Shown: piece by piece, positions 53,101 to 64,000 of the stretch
Layout of the letters: the number at the start of each line of letters is the position of its first letter
How positions within the stretch are numbered: the stretch's first letter is position 1
Assembly: GCF_009914755.1 (NCBI RefSeq)
Contig: NC_060932.1
Origin: the human T2T-CHM13v2.0 reference genome, Homo sapiens
Reading direction: 5' to 3' (one strand)
DNA: 64,000 bases
Notes under the pieces: generated by a model
Seen by the model: the letters and a program-made list of their open reading frames with translations, nothing else
What the model was told of the DNA's origin: nothing
The model's database searches: none
Made by a program: the position numbers and the translations under genes

Positions 53101-56100
53101 TGCAATATAAAACGTACACAGCAGCATACTCAGAAAATTCTTTGCCATATTTCCATTCAAGTCACAGAGTGGAACATTCCCATTCATAGAGCAGGTTGGA
53201 AACACTCTTTTTGGAGTATCTGGAAGTGGACATTTGGAGGGCTTTCTGAACTATGGTGAAAAAGGAAATATCTTCCAATGAAAACAAGACAGAAGCATTC
53301 TGAGAAACTTATTTGTGATGTGTGTCCTCAACTAACGGACTTGAACCTTTCGTTTCATGCAGTATTTCTGGAACACACTTTTTTAAGATTCTGCATGCGG
53401 ATATTTGGATAGCTTTGAAGATTTCGTTGGAAACGGGCTTACATATAAAAATTAGACAGCAGCATTCTCAGAAACTTCTTTGTGGTGTCTGCATTCAAGT
53501 CACAGAATTGAACATCCCCTCACATAGAGCAGCTGTGCAGCACTCTATTTGTAGTATCTCGAAGTGGACATTTGGAGGGCTTTGTAGCCTATCTGGAAAA
53601 AGGAAATATCTTCCCATGAATGCGAGATAGAAGTAATCTCAGAAACATGTTTATGCTGTATCTACTCAACTAACTGTGCTGAACATTTCTATTGATAGAG
53701 CAGTTTTGAGACACTCTTCTTTTGGAATCTGCAAGTGGATATTTGGATAGATTTGAGGATTTCCTTGGAAACGGGATTATATATCAAAAGTAGACAGCAG
53801 CATTCTCAGAAACTTCTTTGTGATGTTTGCATCCAGCTCTCAGAGTTGAACATTCCCTTTCGTAGAGTAGGTTTGAAACCCTCTTTTTATAGTGTCTGGA
53901 AGCGGGCATTTGGAGCGCTTTCAGGCCTATGCTGAAAAAGGAAATATCTACCTATAGAAACTAGACAGAAGCATTCTGAGAATCACGTTGGTGATGTGGG
54001 TACTCAACTAACAGTGTTGATCCATTCTTTTGATACAGCAGTTTTGAACCACACTTTTTGTAGAATCTGCAAGTGGATATTTGGATAGCTGTGAGGATTT
54101 CCTTGGAAACGGGAATGTCTTCATAGAAAATTTAGACAGAAGCATTCTCAGAACCTTGATTGTGATGTGTGTTGTCCAATAACAGGGTTGAACCTTTCTT
54201 TTGACAGAACTGTTTTGAAACATTCTTTTTATAGAATCTGGAAGTGGATATTTGGAAAGCTTTGAGGATTTCGTTGGAAACGGGAATATCTTCAAATAAA
54301 ATCTAGCCAGAAGCATTCTAAGAAACATCTTAGGGATGTTTACATTCAAGTCACAGAGTTGAACATTCCCTTTCACAGAGCAGGTTTGAAACAATCTTCT
54401 CGTACTATCTGGAAGTGGACATTTTGAGCTCCTTGGGGCCTATGCTGAGAAAGGAAATATCTTCCGACAAAAACTAGACAGAAGCATTCGCAGAATCACG
54501 TTTGTGATGTGTGCACTCAACTGTCAGAATTGAACCTTGGTTTGGACAGAGCACTTTTGAAACACTCTTTTTGTAGAATCTGCAGGTGGATATTTGGCTA
54601 GCTTTGAGGATTTCGTTGGAAACGGTAATGTCTTCAAAGAAAATCTAGACAGAAACATTCTCAGAAACACCTTCGTGATGTTTGCAATCAAGTCACAGAG
54701 TTGAACCTTCCGTTTCATAGAGCAGGTTGGAAACACTCTTTTTGTAGTATCTGGAAGTGGACATTTGGAGCGCTTTCAGGCCTATGGTGAAAAAGGAAAT
54801 ATCTTCCCATGAAAACGACATAGAAGCTATCTCAGGAACTTGTTTATGATGCATCCAATCAACTAACAGTGTTGAACCTTTGTACTGACAGAGCAGTGTG
54901 AAACACTCTTTTTTTTGGAATCTGCAAGTGGATATTTGGATCGCTTTGAGGATTTCGTTGGAAACGGGATGCAATATAAAACGTACACAGCAGCATACTC
55001 AGAAAATACTTTGCCATATTTCCATTCAAGTCACAGAGAGGAACATTCCCATTCATAGAGCAGGTTGGAAGCACTCCTTTTGTAGTATCTCGAAGTGGAC
55101 ATTTGGAGCGCTTTCTGAACTATGGTGAAAAAGGAAATATCTTCCAATGAAAACAAGACAGAAGCATTCTGAGAAACTTATTTGTGATGTGTGTCCTCAA
55201 CTAACGGAGTTGAACCTTTCGTTTCATGCAGTACTTCTGGAACACTCTTTTTGAAGATTCTGCATGCGGATATTTGGATAGCTTTGAGGATTTCGTTGGA
55301 AACGGGCTTACATATAAAAATTAGACAGCAGCATTCTCAGAAACTTCTTTGTGGTGTCTGCATTCAAGTCACAGAATTGAACATCCCCTCACATAGAGCA
55401 GCTGTGCAGCACTCTATTTGTAGTATCTCGAAGTGGACATTCGGAGGGCTTTGTAGCCTATCTGGAAAAAGGAAATATCTTCCCATGAATGCGAGATAGA
55501 AGTAATCTCAGAAACATGTTTATGCTGTATCTACTCAACTAACTGTGCTGAACATTTCTATTGATAGAGCAGTTTTGAGACACTCTTCTTTTGGAATCTG
55601 CAAGTGGATATTTGGATAGATTTGAGGATTTCCTTGGAAACGGGATTCTATATCAAAAGTAGACAGCAGCATTCTCAGAAACTTCTTTATGATGTTTGCA
55701 TCCAGCTCTCAGAGTTGAACATTCCCTTTCGTAGAGTAGGTTTGAAACCCTCTTTTTATAGTGTCTGGAAGCGGGCATTTGGAGCGCTTTCAGGCCTATG
55801 CTGAAAAAGGAAATATCTACCTATAGAAAGTAGACAGAAGCATTCTGAGAATCACGTTTGTGATGTGGGTACTCAACTAACAGTGTTGATCCATTCTTTT
55901 GATACAGCAGTTTTGAACCACACTTTTTGTAGAATCTGCAAGTGGATATTTGGATAGCTGTGAGGATTTCGTTGGAAACGGGAATGTCTTCATAGAAAAT
56001 TTAGACAGAAGCATTCTCAGAACCTTGATTGTGATGTGTGTTCTCCACTAACAGGGTTGAACCTTTCTTTTGACAGAACTGTTTTGAAACATTCTTTTTA

Positions 56101-57700
56101 TAGAATCTGGAAGTGGATATTTGGAAAGCTTTGAGGATTTCATTGTAAACGGGAATATCTTCAAATCAAATCTAGCCAGAAGCATTCTAAGAAACATCTT
56201 AGGGATGTTTACATTCAAGTCACAGGGTTGAACATTCCCTTTCACAGAGCAGGTTTGAAACAATCTTCTCGTACTATCTGGAAGTGGACATTTTGAGCTC
56301 CTTGGGGCCTATGCTGAAAAAGGAAATATCTTCCGACAAAAACTAGACAGAAACATTCGCAGAATCACGTTTGTGATGTGTGCACTCAACTGTCAGAATT
56401 GAACCTTTGTTTGGACAGAGCACTTTTGAAACACTCTTTTTGTAGAATCTGCAGGTGGATATTTGACTAGCTTTGAGGATTTCGTTGGAAACGGTAATGT
56501 CTTCTAAGAAAATCTAGACAGAAACATTCTCAGAAACACCTTCGTGATGTTTGCAATCAAGTCACAGAGTTGAACCTTCCGTTTCATAGAGCAGGTTGGA
56601 AACACTCTTTTTGTAGTATCTGGAAGTGGACATTTGGAGCGCTTTCAGGCCTATGGTGAAAAAGGAAATATCTTCCCATAAAAACGACATAGAAGCTATC
56701 TCAGGAACTTGTTTATGATGCATCCAATCAACTAACAGTGTTGAACCTTTGTACTGACAGAGCAGTGTGAAACACTCTTTTTTTTGGAATCTGCAAGTGG
56801 ATATTTGGATCGCTTTGAGGATTTCGTTGGAAACGGGATGCAATATAAAACGTACACAGCAGCATACTCAGAAAATACTTTGCCATATTTCCATTCAAGT
56901 CACAGAGTGGAACATTCCCATTCATAGAGCAGGTTGGAAACACTCTTTTTGGAGTATCTGGAAGTGGACATTTGGAGCGCTTTCTGAACTATGGTGAAAA
57001 AGGAAATATCTTCCAATGAAAACAAGACAGAAGCATTCTGAGAAACTTATTTGTGATGTGTGTCCTCAACTAACGGACTTGAACCTTTCGTTTCATGCAG
57101 TATTTCTGGAACACTCTTTTTGAAGATTCTGCATGCGGATATTTGGATAGCTTTGAAGATTTCGTTGGAAACGGGCTTACATATAAAAATTAGACAGCAG
57201 CATTCTCAGAAACTTCTTTGTGGTGTCTGCATTCAAGTCACAGAATTGAACATCCCCTCACATAGAGCAGCTGTGCAGCACTCTATTTGTAGTATCTCGA
57301 AGTGGACATTTGGAGGGCTTTGTAGCCTATCTGGAAAAAGGAAATATCTTCCCATGAATGCGAGATAGAAGTAATCTCAGAAACATGTTTATGCTGTATC
57401 TACTCAACTAACTGTGCTGAACATTTCTATTGATAGAGCAGTTTTGAGACACTCTTCTTTTGGAATCTGCAAGTGGATATTTGGATAGATTTGAGGATTT
57501 CCTTGGAAACGGGATTATATATCAAAAGTAGACAGCAGCATTCTCAGAAACTTCTTTGTGATGTTTGCATCCAGCTCTCAGAGTTGAACATTCCCTTTCG
57601 TAGAGTAGGTTTGAAACCCTCTTTTTATAGTGTCTGGAAGCGGGCATTTGGAGCGCTTTCAGGCCTATGCTGAAAAAGGAAATATCTACCTATAGAAACT
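50200..57700 (+). repeat. Duplicated 2-HOR block (~3738-bp period)
   Basis: GTTGTCCAAT ~50432/54171; AAGCACTCC ~51331/55069; TTCATTGTAAACGGG ~52401/56139; TTGGAGTATC ~53211/56949; TTGAAGATTT ~53415/57153. Confidence 0.88.
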
Positions 57701-60399
57701 AGACAGAAGCATTCTGAGAATCACGTTGGTGATGTGGGTACTCAACTAACAGTGTTGATCCATTCTTTTGATACAGCAGTTTTGAACCACACTTTTTGTA
57801 GAATCTGCAAGTGGATATTTGGATAGCTGTGAGGATTTCCTTGGAAACGGGAATGTCTTCATAGAAAATTTAGACAGAAGCATTCTCAGAACCTTGATTG
57901 TGATGTGTGTTCTCCACTAACAGGGTTGAACCTTTCTTTTGACAGAACTCTTTTGAAACATTCTTTTAATAGAATCTGGAAGTGGATATTTGAAAAGCTT
58001 TGAGGATTTCGTTGGAAACGGGAATATCTTCAAATAAAATCTAGCCAGAAGCATTCTAAGAAACATCTTAGGGATGTTTACATTCAAGTCACAGAGTTGA
58101 ACATTCCCTTTCACACAGCAGGTTTGAAACAATCTTCTCGTACTATCTGGAAGTGGACATTTTGAGCTCCTTGGGGCCTATGCTGAAAAAGGAAATATCT
58201 TCCGACAAAAACTAGACAGAAGCATTCGCAGAATCACGTTTGTGATGTGTGCACTCAACTGTCAGAATTGAACCTTGGTTTGGACAGAGCACTTTTGAAA
58301 CACTCTTTTTGTAGAATCTGCAGGTGGATATTTGGCTAGCTTTGAGGATTTCGTTGGAAACGGTAATGTCTTCAAAGAAAATCTAGACAGAAACATTCTC
58401 AGAAACACCTTCGTGATGTTTGCAATCAATTCACAGAGTTGAACCTTCCGTTTCATAGAGCAGGTTGGAAACACTCTTTTTGTAGTATCTGGAAGTGGAC
58501 ATTTGGAGCGCTTTCAGGCCTATGGTGAAAAAGGAAATATCTTCCCATGAAAACGACATAGAAGCTATCTCAGGAACTTGTTTATGATGCATCCAATCAA
58601 CTAACAGTGTTGAACCTTTGTACTGACAGAGCAGTGTGAAACACTCTTTTTTTTGGAATCTGCAAGTGGATATTTGGATCGCTTTGAGGATTTCGTTGGA
58701 AACGGGATGCAATATAAAACGTAAACAGCAGCATACTCAGAAAATACTTTGCCATATTTCCATTCAAGTCACAGAGTGGAACATTCCCATTCATGGAGCA
58801 GGTTGGAAACACTCCTTTTCTAGTATCTGGAAGTGGTCATTTGGAGCGCTTTCTGAACTATGATGAAAAAGGAAATATCTTCCAATGAAAACAAGACAGA
58901 AGCATTCTGAGAAACTTATTTTTGATGTGTGTCCTCCACTAACGGACTTGAACCTTTCGTTTCATGCAGTACTTCTGGAACACTCTTTTTGAAGATTCTG
59001 CATGCGGATATTTGGATAGCTTTGAGGATTTCTTTGGAAACGGGCTTACATATAAAAATTAGACAGCAGCATTATCAAAACTTCTTTGTGGTGTCTGTAT
59101 TCAAGTCACAGAATTGAACATCCCCTCACATAGAGCAGCTGTGCAGCACTCTATTTGTAGTATCTCGAAGTGGACATTTGGAGGGCTTTGTAGCCTATCT
59201 GGATAAAGGAAATATCTTCCCATGAATGCGAGATAGAAGTAATCTCAGAAACATGTTTATGCTGTATCTACTCAACTAACTGTGCTGAACATTTCTATTG
59301 ATAGAGCAGTTTTGAGACACTCTTCTTTTGGAATCTGCAAGTGGATATTTGGATAGATTTGAGGATTTCGTTGGCAACGGGATTATATATAAAAAGTAGA
59401 CAGCCGCATTCTCAGAAACTTCTTTGTGATGTTTGCATCCAGCTCTCAGAGTTGAACATTCCCTTTCGTAGAGTAGGTTTGAAACCCTCTTTTTATAGTG
59501 TCTGGAAGCGGGCATTTGGAGCGCTTTGAGGCCTATGCTGAAAAAGGAAATATCTACCTATAGAAAGTAGACAGAAGCATTCTGAGAATCACGTTTGTGA
59601 TGTGGGTACTCAACTAACAGTGTTGATCCATTCTTTTGATACAGCAGTTATGAACCACACTTTTTGTAGAATCTGCAAGTGGATATTTGGATAGCTGTGA
59701 GGATTTCCTTGGAAACGGGAATGTCTTCATAGAAAATTTAGACAGAAGCATTCTCAGAACCTTGATTGTGATGTGTGTTCTCCACTAACAGGGTTGAACC
59801 TTTCTTTTGACAGAACTGTTTTGAAACATTCTTTTTATAGAATCTGGAAGTGGATATTTGGAAAGCTTTGAGGATTTCGTTGGAAACGGGAATATCTTCA
59901 AATCAAATCTAGCCAGAAGCATTCTAAGAAACATCTTAGGGATGTTTACATTCAAGTCACAGAGTTGAACATTCCCTTTCACAGAGCAGGTTTGAAACAA
60001 TCTTCTGGTACTATCTGGAAGTGGACATTTTGAGCTCCTTGGGGCCTATGCTGAAAAAGGAAATATCTTCCGACAAAAACTAGACAGAAGCATTCGCAGA
60101 ATCACGTTTGTGATGTGTGCACTCAACTGTCAGAATTGAACCTTGGTTTGGACAGAGCACTTTTGAAACACTTTTTGTAGAATCTGCAGGTGGATATTTG
60201 GCTAGCTTTGAGGATTTCGTTGGAAACGGTAATGTCTTCAAAGAAAATCTAGACAGAAACATTCTCAGAAACACCTTCGTGATGTTTGCAATCAAGTCAC
60301 AGAGTTGAACCTTCCGTTTCATAGAGCAGGTTGGAAACACTCTTTTTGTAGTATCTGGAAGTGGACATTTGGAGCGCTTTCAGGCCTATGGTGAAAAAG

Positions 60400-63300
60400 G
60401 AAATATCTTCCCATAAAAACGACATAGAAGCTATCTCAGGAACTTGTTTATGATGCATCCAATCAACTAACAGTGTTGAACTTTTGTACTGACAGAGCAG
60501 TGTGAAACACTCTTTTTTTTGGAATCTGCAAGTGGATATTTGGATCGCTTTGAGGATTTCGTTGGAAACGGGATGCAATATAAATCGTACACAGCAGCAT
60601 ACTCAGAAAATACTTTGCCATATTTCCATTCAAGTCACAGAGTGGAACATTCCCATTCATAGAGCAGGTTGGAAACACTCCTTTTGTAGTATCTGGAAGT
60701 GGACATTTGGAGCGCTTTCTGAACTATGGTGAAAAAGGAAATATCTTCCAATGAAAACAAGACAGAAGCATTCTGAGAAACTTATTTGTGATGTGTGTCC
60801 TCAACTAACGGACTTGAACCTTTCGTTTCATGCAGTACTTCTGGAACACTCTTTTTGAAGATTCTGCATGCGGATATTTGGATAGCTTTGAGGATTTCGT
60901 TGGAAACGGGCTTACATATAAAAATTAGACAGCAGCATTCTCAGAAACTTCTTTGTGGTGTCTGCATTCAAGTCACAGAATTGAACATCCCCTCACATAG
61001 AGCAGCTGTGCAGCACTCTATTTGTAGTATCTCGAAGTGGACATTTGGAGGGCTTTGTAGCCTATCTGTAAAAAGGAAATATCTTCCCATGAATGCGAGA
61101 TAGAAGTAATCTCAGAAACATGTTTATGCTGTATCTACTCAACTAACTGTGCTGAACAATTCTATTGATAGAGCAGTTTTGAGACACTCTTCTTTTGGAA
61201 TCTGCAAGTGGATATTTGGATAGATTTGAGGATTTCCTTGGAAACGGGATTATATATCAAAAGTAGACAGCAGCATTCTCAGAAACTTCTTTGTGATGTT
61301 TGCATCCAGCTCTCAGAGTTGAACATTCCCTTTCGTAGATTAGGTTTGAAACCCTCTTTTTATAGTGTCTGGAAGCGGGCATTTGGAACGCTTTGAGGCC
61401 TATGCTGAAAAAGGAAATATCTACCTATAGAAACTAGACAGAAGCATTCTGAGAATCACGTTTGTGATGTGGGTACTCAACTAACAGTGTTGATCCATTC
61501 TTTTGATACAGCAGTTTTGAACCACACTTTTTGTAGAATCTGCAAGTGGATATTTGGATAGCTGTGAGGATTTCCTTGGAAACGGGAATGTCTTCATAGA
61601 AAATTTAGACAGAAGCATTCTCAGAACCTTGATTGTGATGTGTGTTCTCCACTAACAGGGTTGAACCTTTCTTTTGACAGAACTGTTTTGAAACATTCTT
61701 TTTATAGAATCTGGAAGTGGATATTTGGAAAGCTTTGAGGATTTCATTGGAAACGGGAATATCTTCAAATCAAATCTAGCCAGAAGCATTCTAAGAAACA
61801 TCTTAGGGATGTTTACATTCAAGTCACAGGGTTGAACATTCCCTTTCACAGAGCAGGTTTGAAACAATCTTCTCGTACTATCTGGAAGTGGACATTTTGA
61901 GCTCCTTGGGGCCTATGCTGAAAAAGGAAATATCTTCCGACAAAAACTAGACAGAAGCATTCGCAGAATCACGTTTGTGATGTGTGCACTCAACTGTCAG
62001 AATTGAACCTTTGTTTGGACAGAGCACTTTTGAAACACTCTTTTTGTAGAATCTGCAGGTGGATATTTGGCTAGCTTTGAGGATTTCGTTGGAAACGGTA
62101 ATGTCTTCAAAGAAAATCTAGACAGAAACATTCTCAGAAACACCTTCGTGATGTTTGCAATCAAGTCACAGAGTTGAACCTTCCGTTTCATAGAGCAGGT
62201 TGGAAACACTCTTTTTGTAGTATCTGGAAGTGGACATTTGGAGCGCTTTCAGGCCTATGGTGAAAAAGGAAATATCTTCCCATAAAAACGACATAGAAGC
62301 TATCTCAGGAACTTGTTTATGATGCATCCAATCAACTAACAGTGTTGAACTTTTGTACTGACAGAGCAGTGTGAAACACTCTTTTTTTTGGAATCTGCAA
62401 GTGGATATTTGGATCGCTTTGAGGATTTCGTTGGAAACGGGATGCAATATAAATCGTACACAGCAGCATACTCAGAAAATACTTTGCCATATTTCCATTC
62501 AAGTCACAGAGTGGAACATTCCCATTCATAGAGCAGGTTGGAAACACTCCTTTTGTAGTATCTGGAAGTGGACATTTGGAGCGCTTTCTGAACTATGGTG
62601 AAAAAGGAAATATCTTCCAATGAAAACAAGACAGAAGCATTCTGAGAAACTTATTTGTGATGTGTGTCCTCAACTAACGGACTTGAACCTTTCGTTTCAT
62701 GCAGTACTTCTGGAACACTCTTTTTGAAGATTCTGCATGCGGATATTTGGATAGCTTTGAGGATTTCGTTGGAAACGGGCTTACATATAAAAATTAGACA
62801 GCAGCATTCTCAGAAACTTCTTTGTGGTGTCTGCATTCAAGTCACAGAATTGAACATCCCCTCACATAGAGCAGCTGTGCAGCACTCTATTTGTAGTATC
62901 TCGAAGTGGACATTTGGAGGGCTTTGTAGCCTATCTGTAAAAAGGAAATATCTTCCCATGAATGCGAGATAGAAGTAATCTCAGAAACATGTTTATGCTG
63001 TATCTACTCAACTAACTGTGCTGAACAATTCTATTGATAGAGCAGTTTTGAGACACTCTTCTTTTGGAATCTGCAAGTGGATATTTGGATAGATTTGAGG
63101 ATTTCCTTGGAAACGGGATTATATATCAAAAGTAGACAGCAGCATTCTCAGAAACTTCTTTGTGATGTTTGCATCCAGCTCTCAGAGTTGAACATTCCCT
63201 TTCGTAGATTAGGTTTGAAACCCTCTTTTTATAGTGTCTGGAAGCGGGCATTTGGAACGCTTTGAGGCCTATGCTGAAAAAGGAAATATCTACCTATAGA

Positions 63301-63870
63301 AACTAGACAGAAGCATTCTGAGAATCACGTTTGTGATGTGGGTACTCAACTAACAGTGTTGATCCATTCTTTTGATACAGCAGTTTTGAACCACACTTTT
63401 TGTAGAATCTGCAAGTGGATATTTGGATAGCTGTGAGGATTTCCTTGGAAACGGGAATGTCTTCATAGAAAATTTAGACAGAAGCATTCTCAGAACCTTG
63501 ATTGTGATGTGTGTTCTCCACTAACAGGGTTGAACCTTTCTTTTGACAGAACTGTTTTGAAACATTCTTTTTATAGAATCTGGAAGTGGATATTTGGAAA
63601 GCTTTGAGGATTTCATTGGAAACGGGAATATCTTCAAATCAAATCTAGCCAGAAGCATTCTAAGAAACATCTTAGGGATGTTTACATTCAAGTCACAGGG
63701 TTGAACATTCCCTTTCACAGAGCAGGTTTGAAACAATCTTCTCGTACTATCTGGAAGTGGACATTTTGAGCTCCTTGGGGCCTATGCTGAAAAAGGAAAT
63801 ATCTTCCGACAAAAACTAGACAGAAGCATTCGCAGAATCACGTTTGTGATGTGTGCACTCAACTGTCAGA
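60400..63870 (+). repeat. Recent tandem duplication of a single HOR (1869-bp period)
   Basis: TAAATCGTAC ~60581/62450; TCTGTAAAA ~61065/62934; AACAATTC ~61155/63024; TAGATTAGG ~61336/63205; TTCATTGGAA ~61743/63612. Confidence 0.9.
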
Positions 63871-64000
63871 ATTGAACCTTGGTTTGGACAGAGCACTTTT
63901 GAAACACTCTTTTTGTAGAATCTGCAGGTGGATATTTGGCTAGCTTTGAGGATTTCGTTGGAAACGGTAATGTCTTCAAAGAAAATCTAGACAGAAACAT

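Larger units (their letters stand above)
1..64000 (+). repeat. Centromeric alpha-satellite HOR array, 11-mer (1869 bp), about 34.2 tandem head-to-tail copies
   Basis: Alphoid motifs (CATTCTCAGAAAC, GAGTTGAAC, GTGGATATTTGG/GTGGACATTTGG, TTCGTTGGAAACGGG) recur every ~171 bp throughout. The same ORF start recurs at 994, 2861, 4730, 6599, 8467 ... 60795, 62664 (34 copies, spacing 1869 with a few 1-3 bp deviations). 1869/11 is about 170. Confidence 0.99.
1..64000 (+). repeat. D8Z2: SF2 (D1/D2 dimeric) alphoid family; most likely human chromosome 8 D8Z2 11-mer
   Basis: A/B alternation and SF2-like A monomers (GTAGTATCTGGAAGTGGACATTTGGAGCGCTTTCAGGCCTATGGTGAAAAAGG) are seen directly. D8Z2 is an established ~1.87-kb 11-mer SF2 HOR. 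The stretch AACTGTGCTGAACATTTCTATTGATAG (e.g. 3211-3237) matches my recollection of a chr8-specific alphoid oligo, and the sequence does not resemble the D13Z1/D21Z1 11-mer as I remember it. This is recall only and needs alignment to HOR consensus models. Confidence 0.75.

Noticed and set aside
314-63736. Hundreds of 62-128 aa ORFs on both strands (e.g. MSSTNGLEPF..., MHPVSNEILK...)
   Set aside because: They recur only because the DNA repeats. They overlap in several frames, show no recognisable domain, and gain or lose stops and frameshifts freely between copies.
1-64000. CRISPR-like pattern of conserved motifs separated by variable sequence
   Set aside because: The intervening sequences are homologous monomers, not unique spacers, and there are no cas genes.
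1-64000. Possible L1/Alu insertion, inversion, or 4/7/8-mer HOR variant
   Set aside because: The HOR register is kept to within 3 bp across all 33 intervals and the orientation never changes, leaving no room for such events.
1-64000. Assignment to the D13Z1/D21Z1 or D1Z5 11-mers
   Set aside because: D1Z5 is pentameric SF3, which does not fit the A/B alternation. The monomers do not match the chr13/21 sequence as I recall it. This has not been formally excluded without alignment.
1-64000. HOR length 1869 being a multiple of 3
   Set aside because: This has a one-in-three chance, no ORF spans the unit, and frameshifting indels are tolerated.

Overview
The whole 64 kb is one uninterrupted, single-orientation primate centromeric alpha-satellite array. 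It is built from ~171-bp monomers organised into an 11-monomer higher-order repeat (HOR) of 1869 bp (about 34.2 copies; observed periods 1866-1870 bp). CENP-B-box (B-type) and pJalpha-box (A-type) monomers alternate, with one B-B junction per HOR, as expected for a dimeric suprachromosomal family 2 (SF2) array. The best fit is human chromosome 8 D8Z2, which is an identification from memory and has not been checked by alignment. I see no genes, RNA genes, transposon insertions, inversions or shorter HOR variants, and every listed ORF is a by-product of the repeat. I found no new gene-encoded system. The real structure lies in the copy-to-copy variants: recent 1-, 2- and 3-HOR block duplications (some nested and orderable), a switch between two HOR haplotype domains near 32.9 kb, a cryptic paralogy at a 24-HOR (44,856 bp) offset, repeated loss and occasional presence of intact CENP-B boxes at eroded sites, and signs of micro-conversion between different monomers. 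All variant positions and counts were read by eye and may be off by a few bases.
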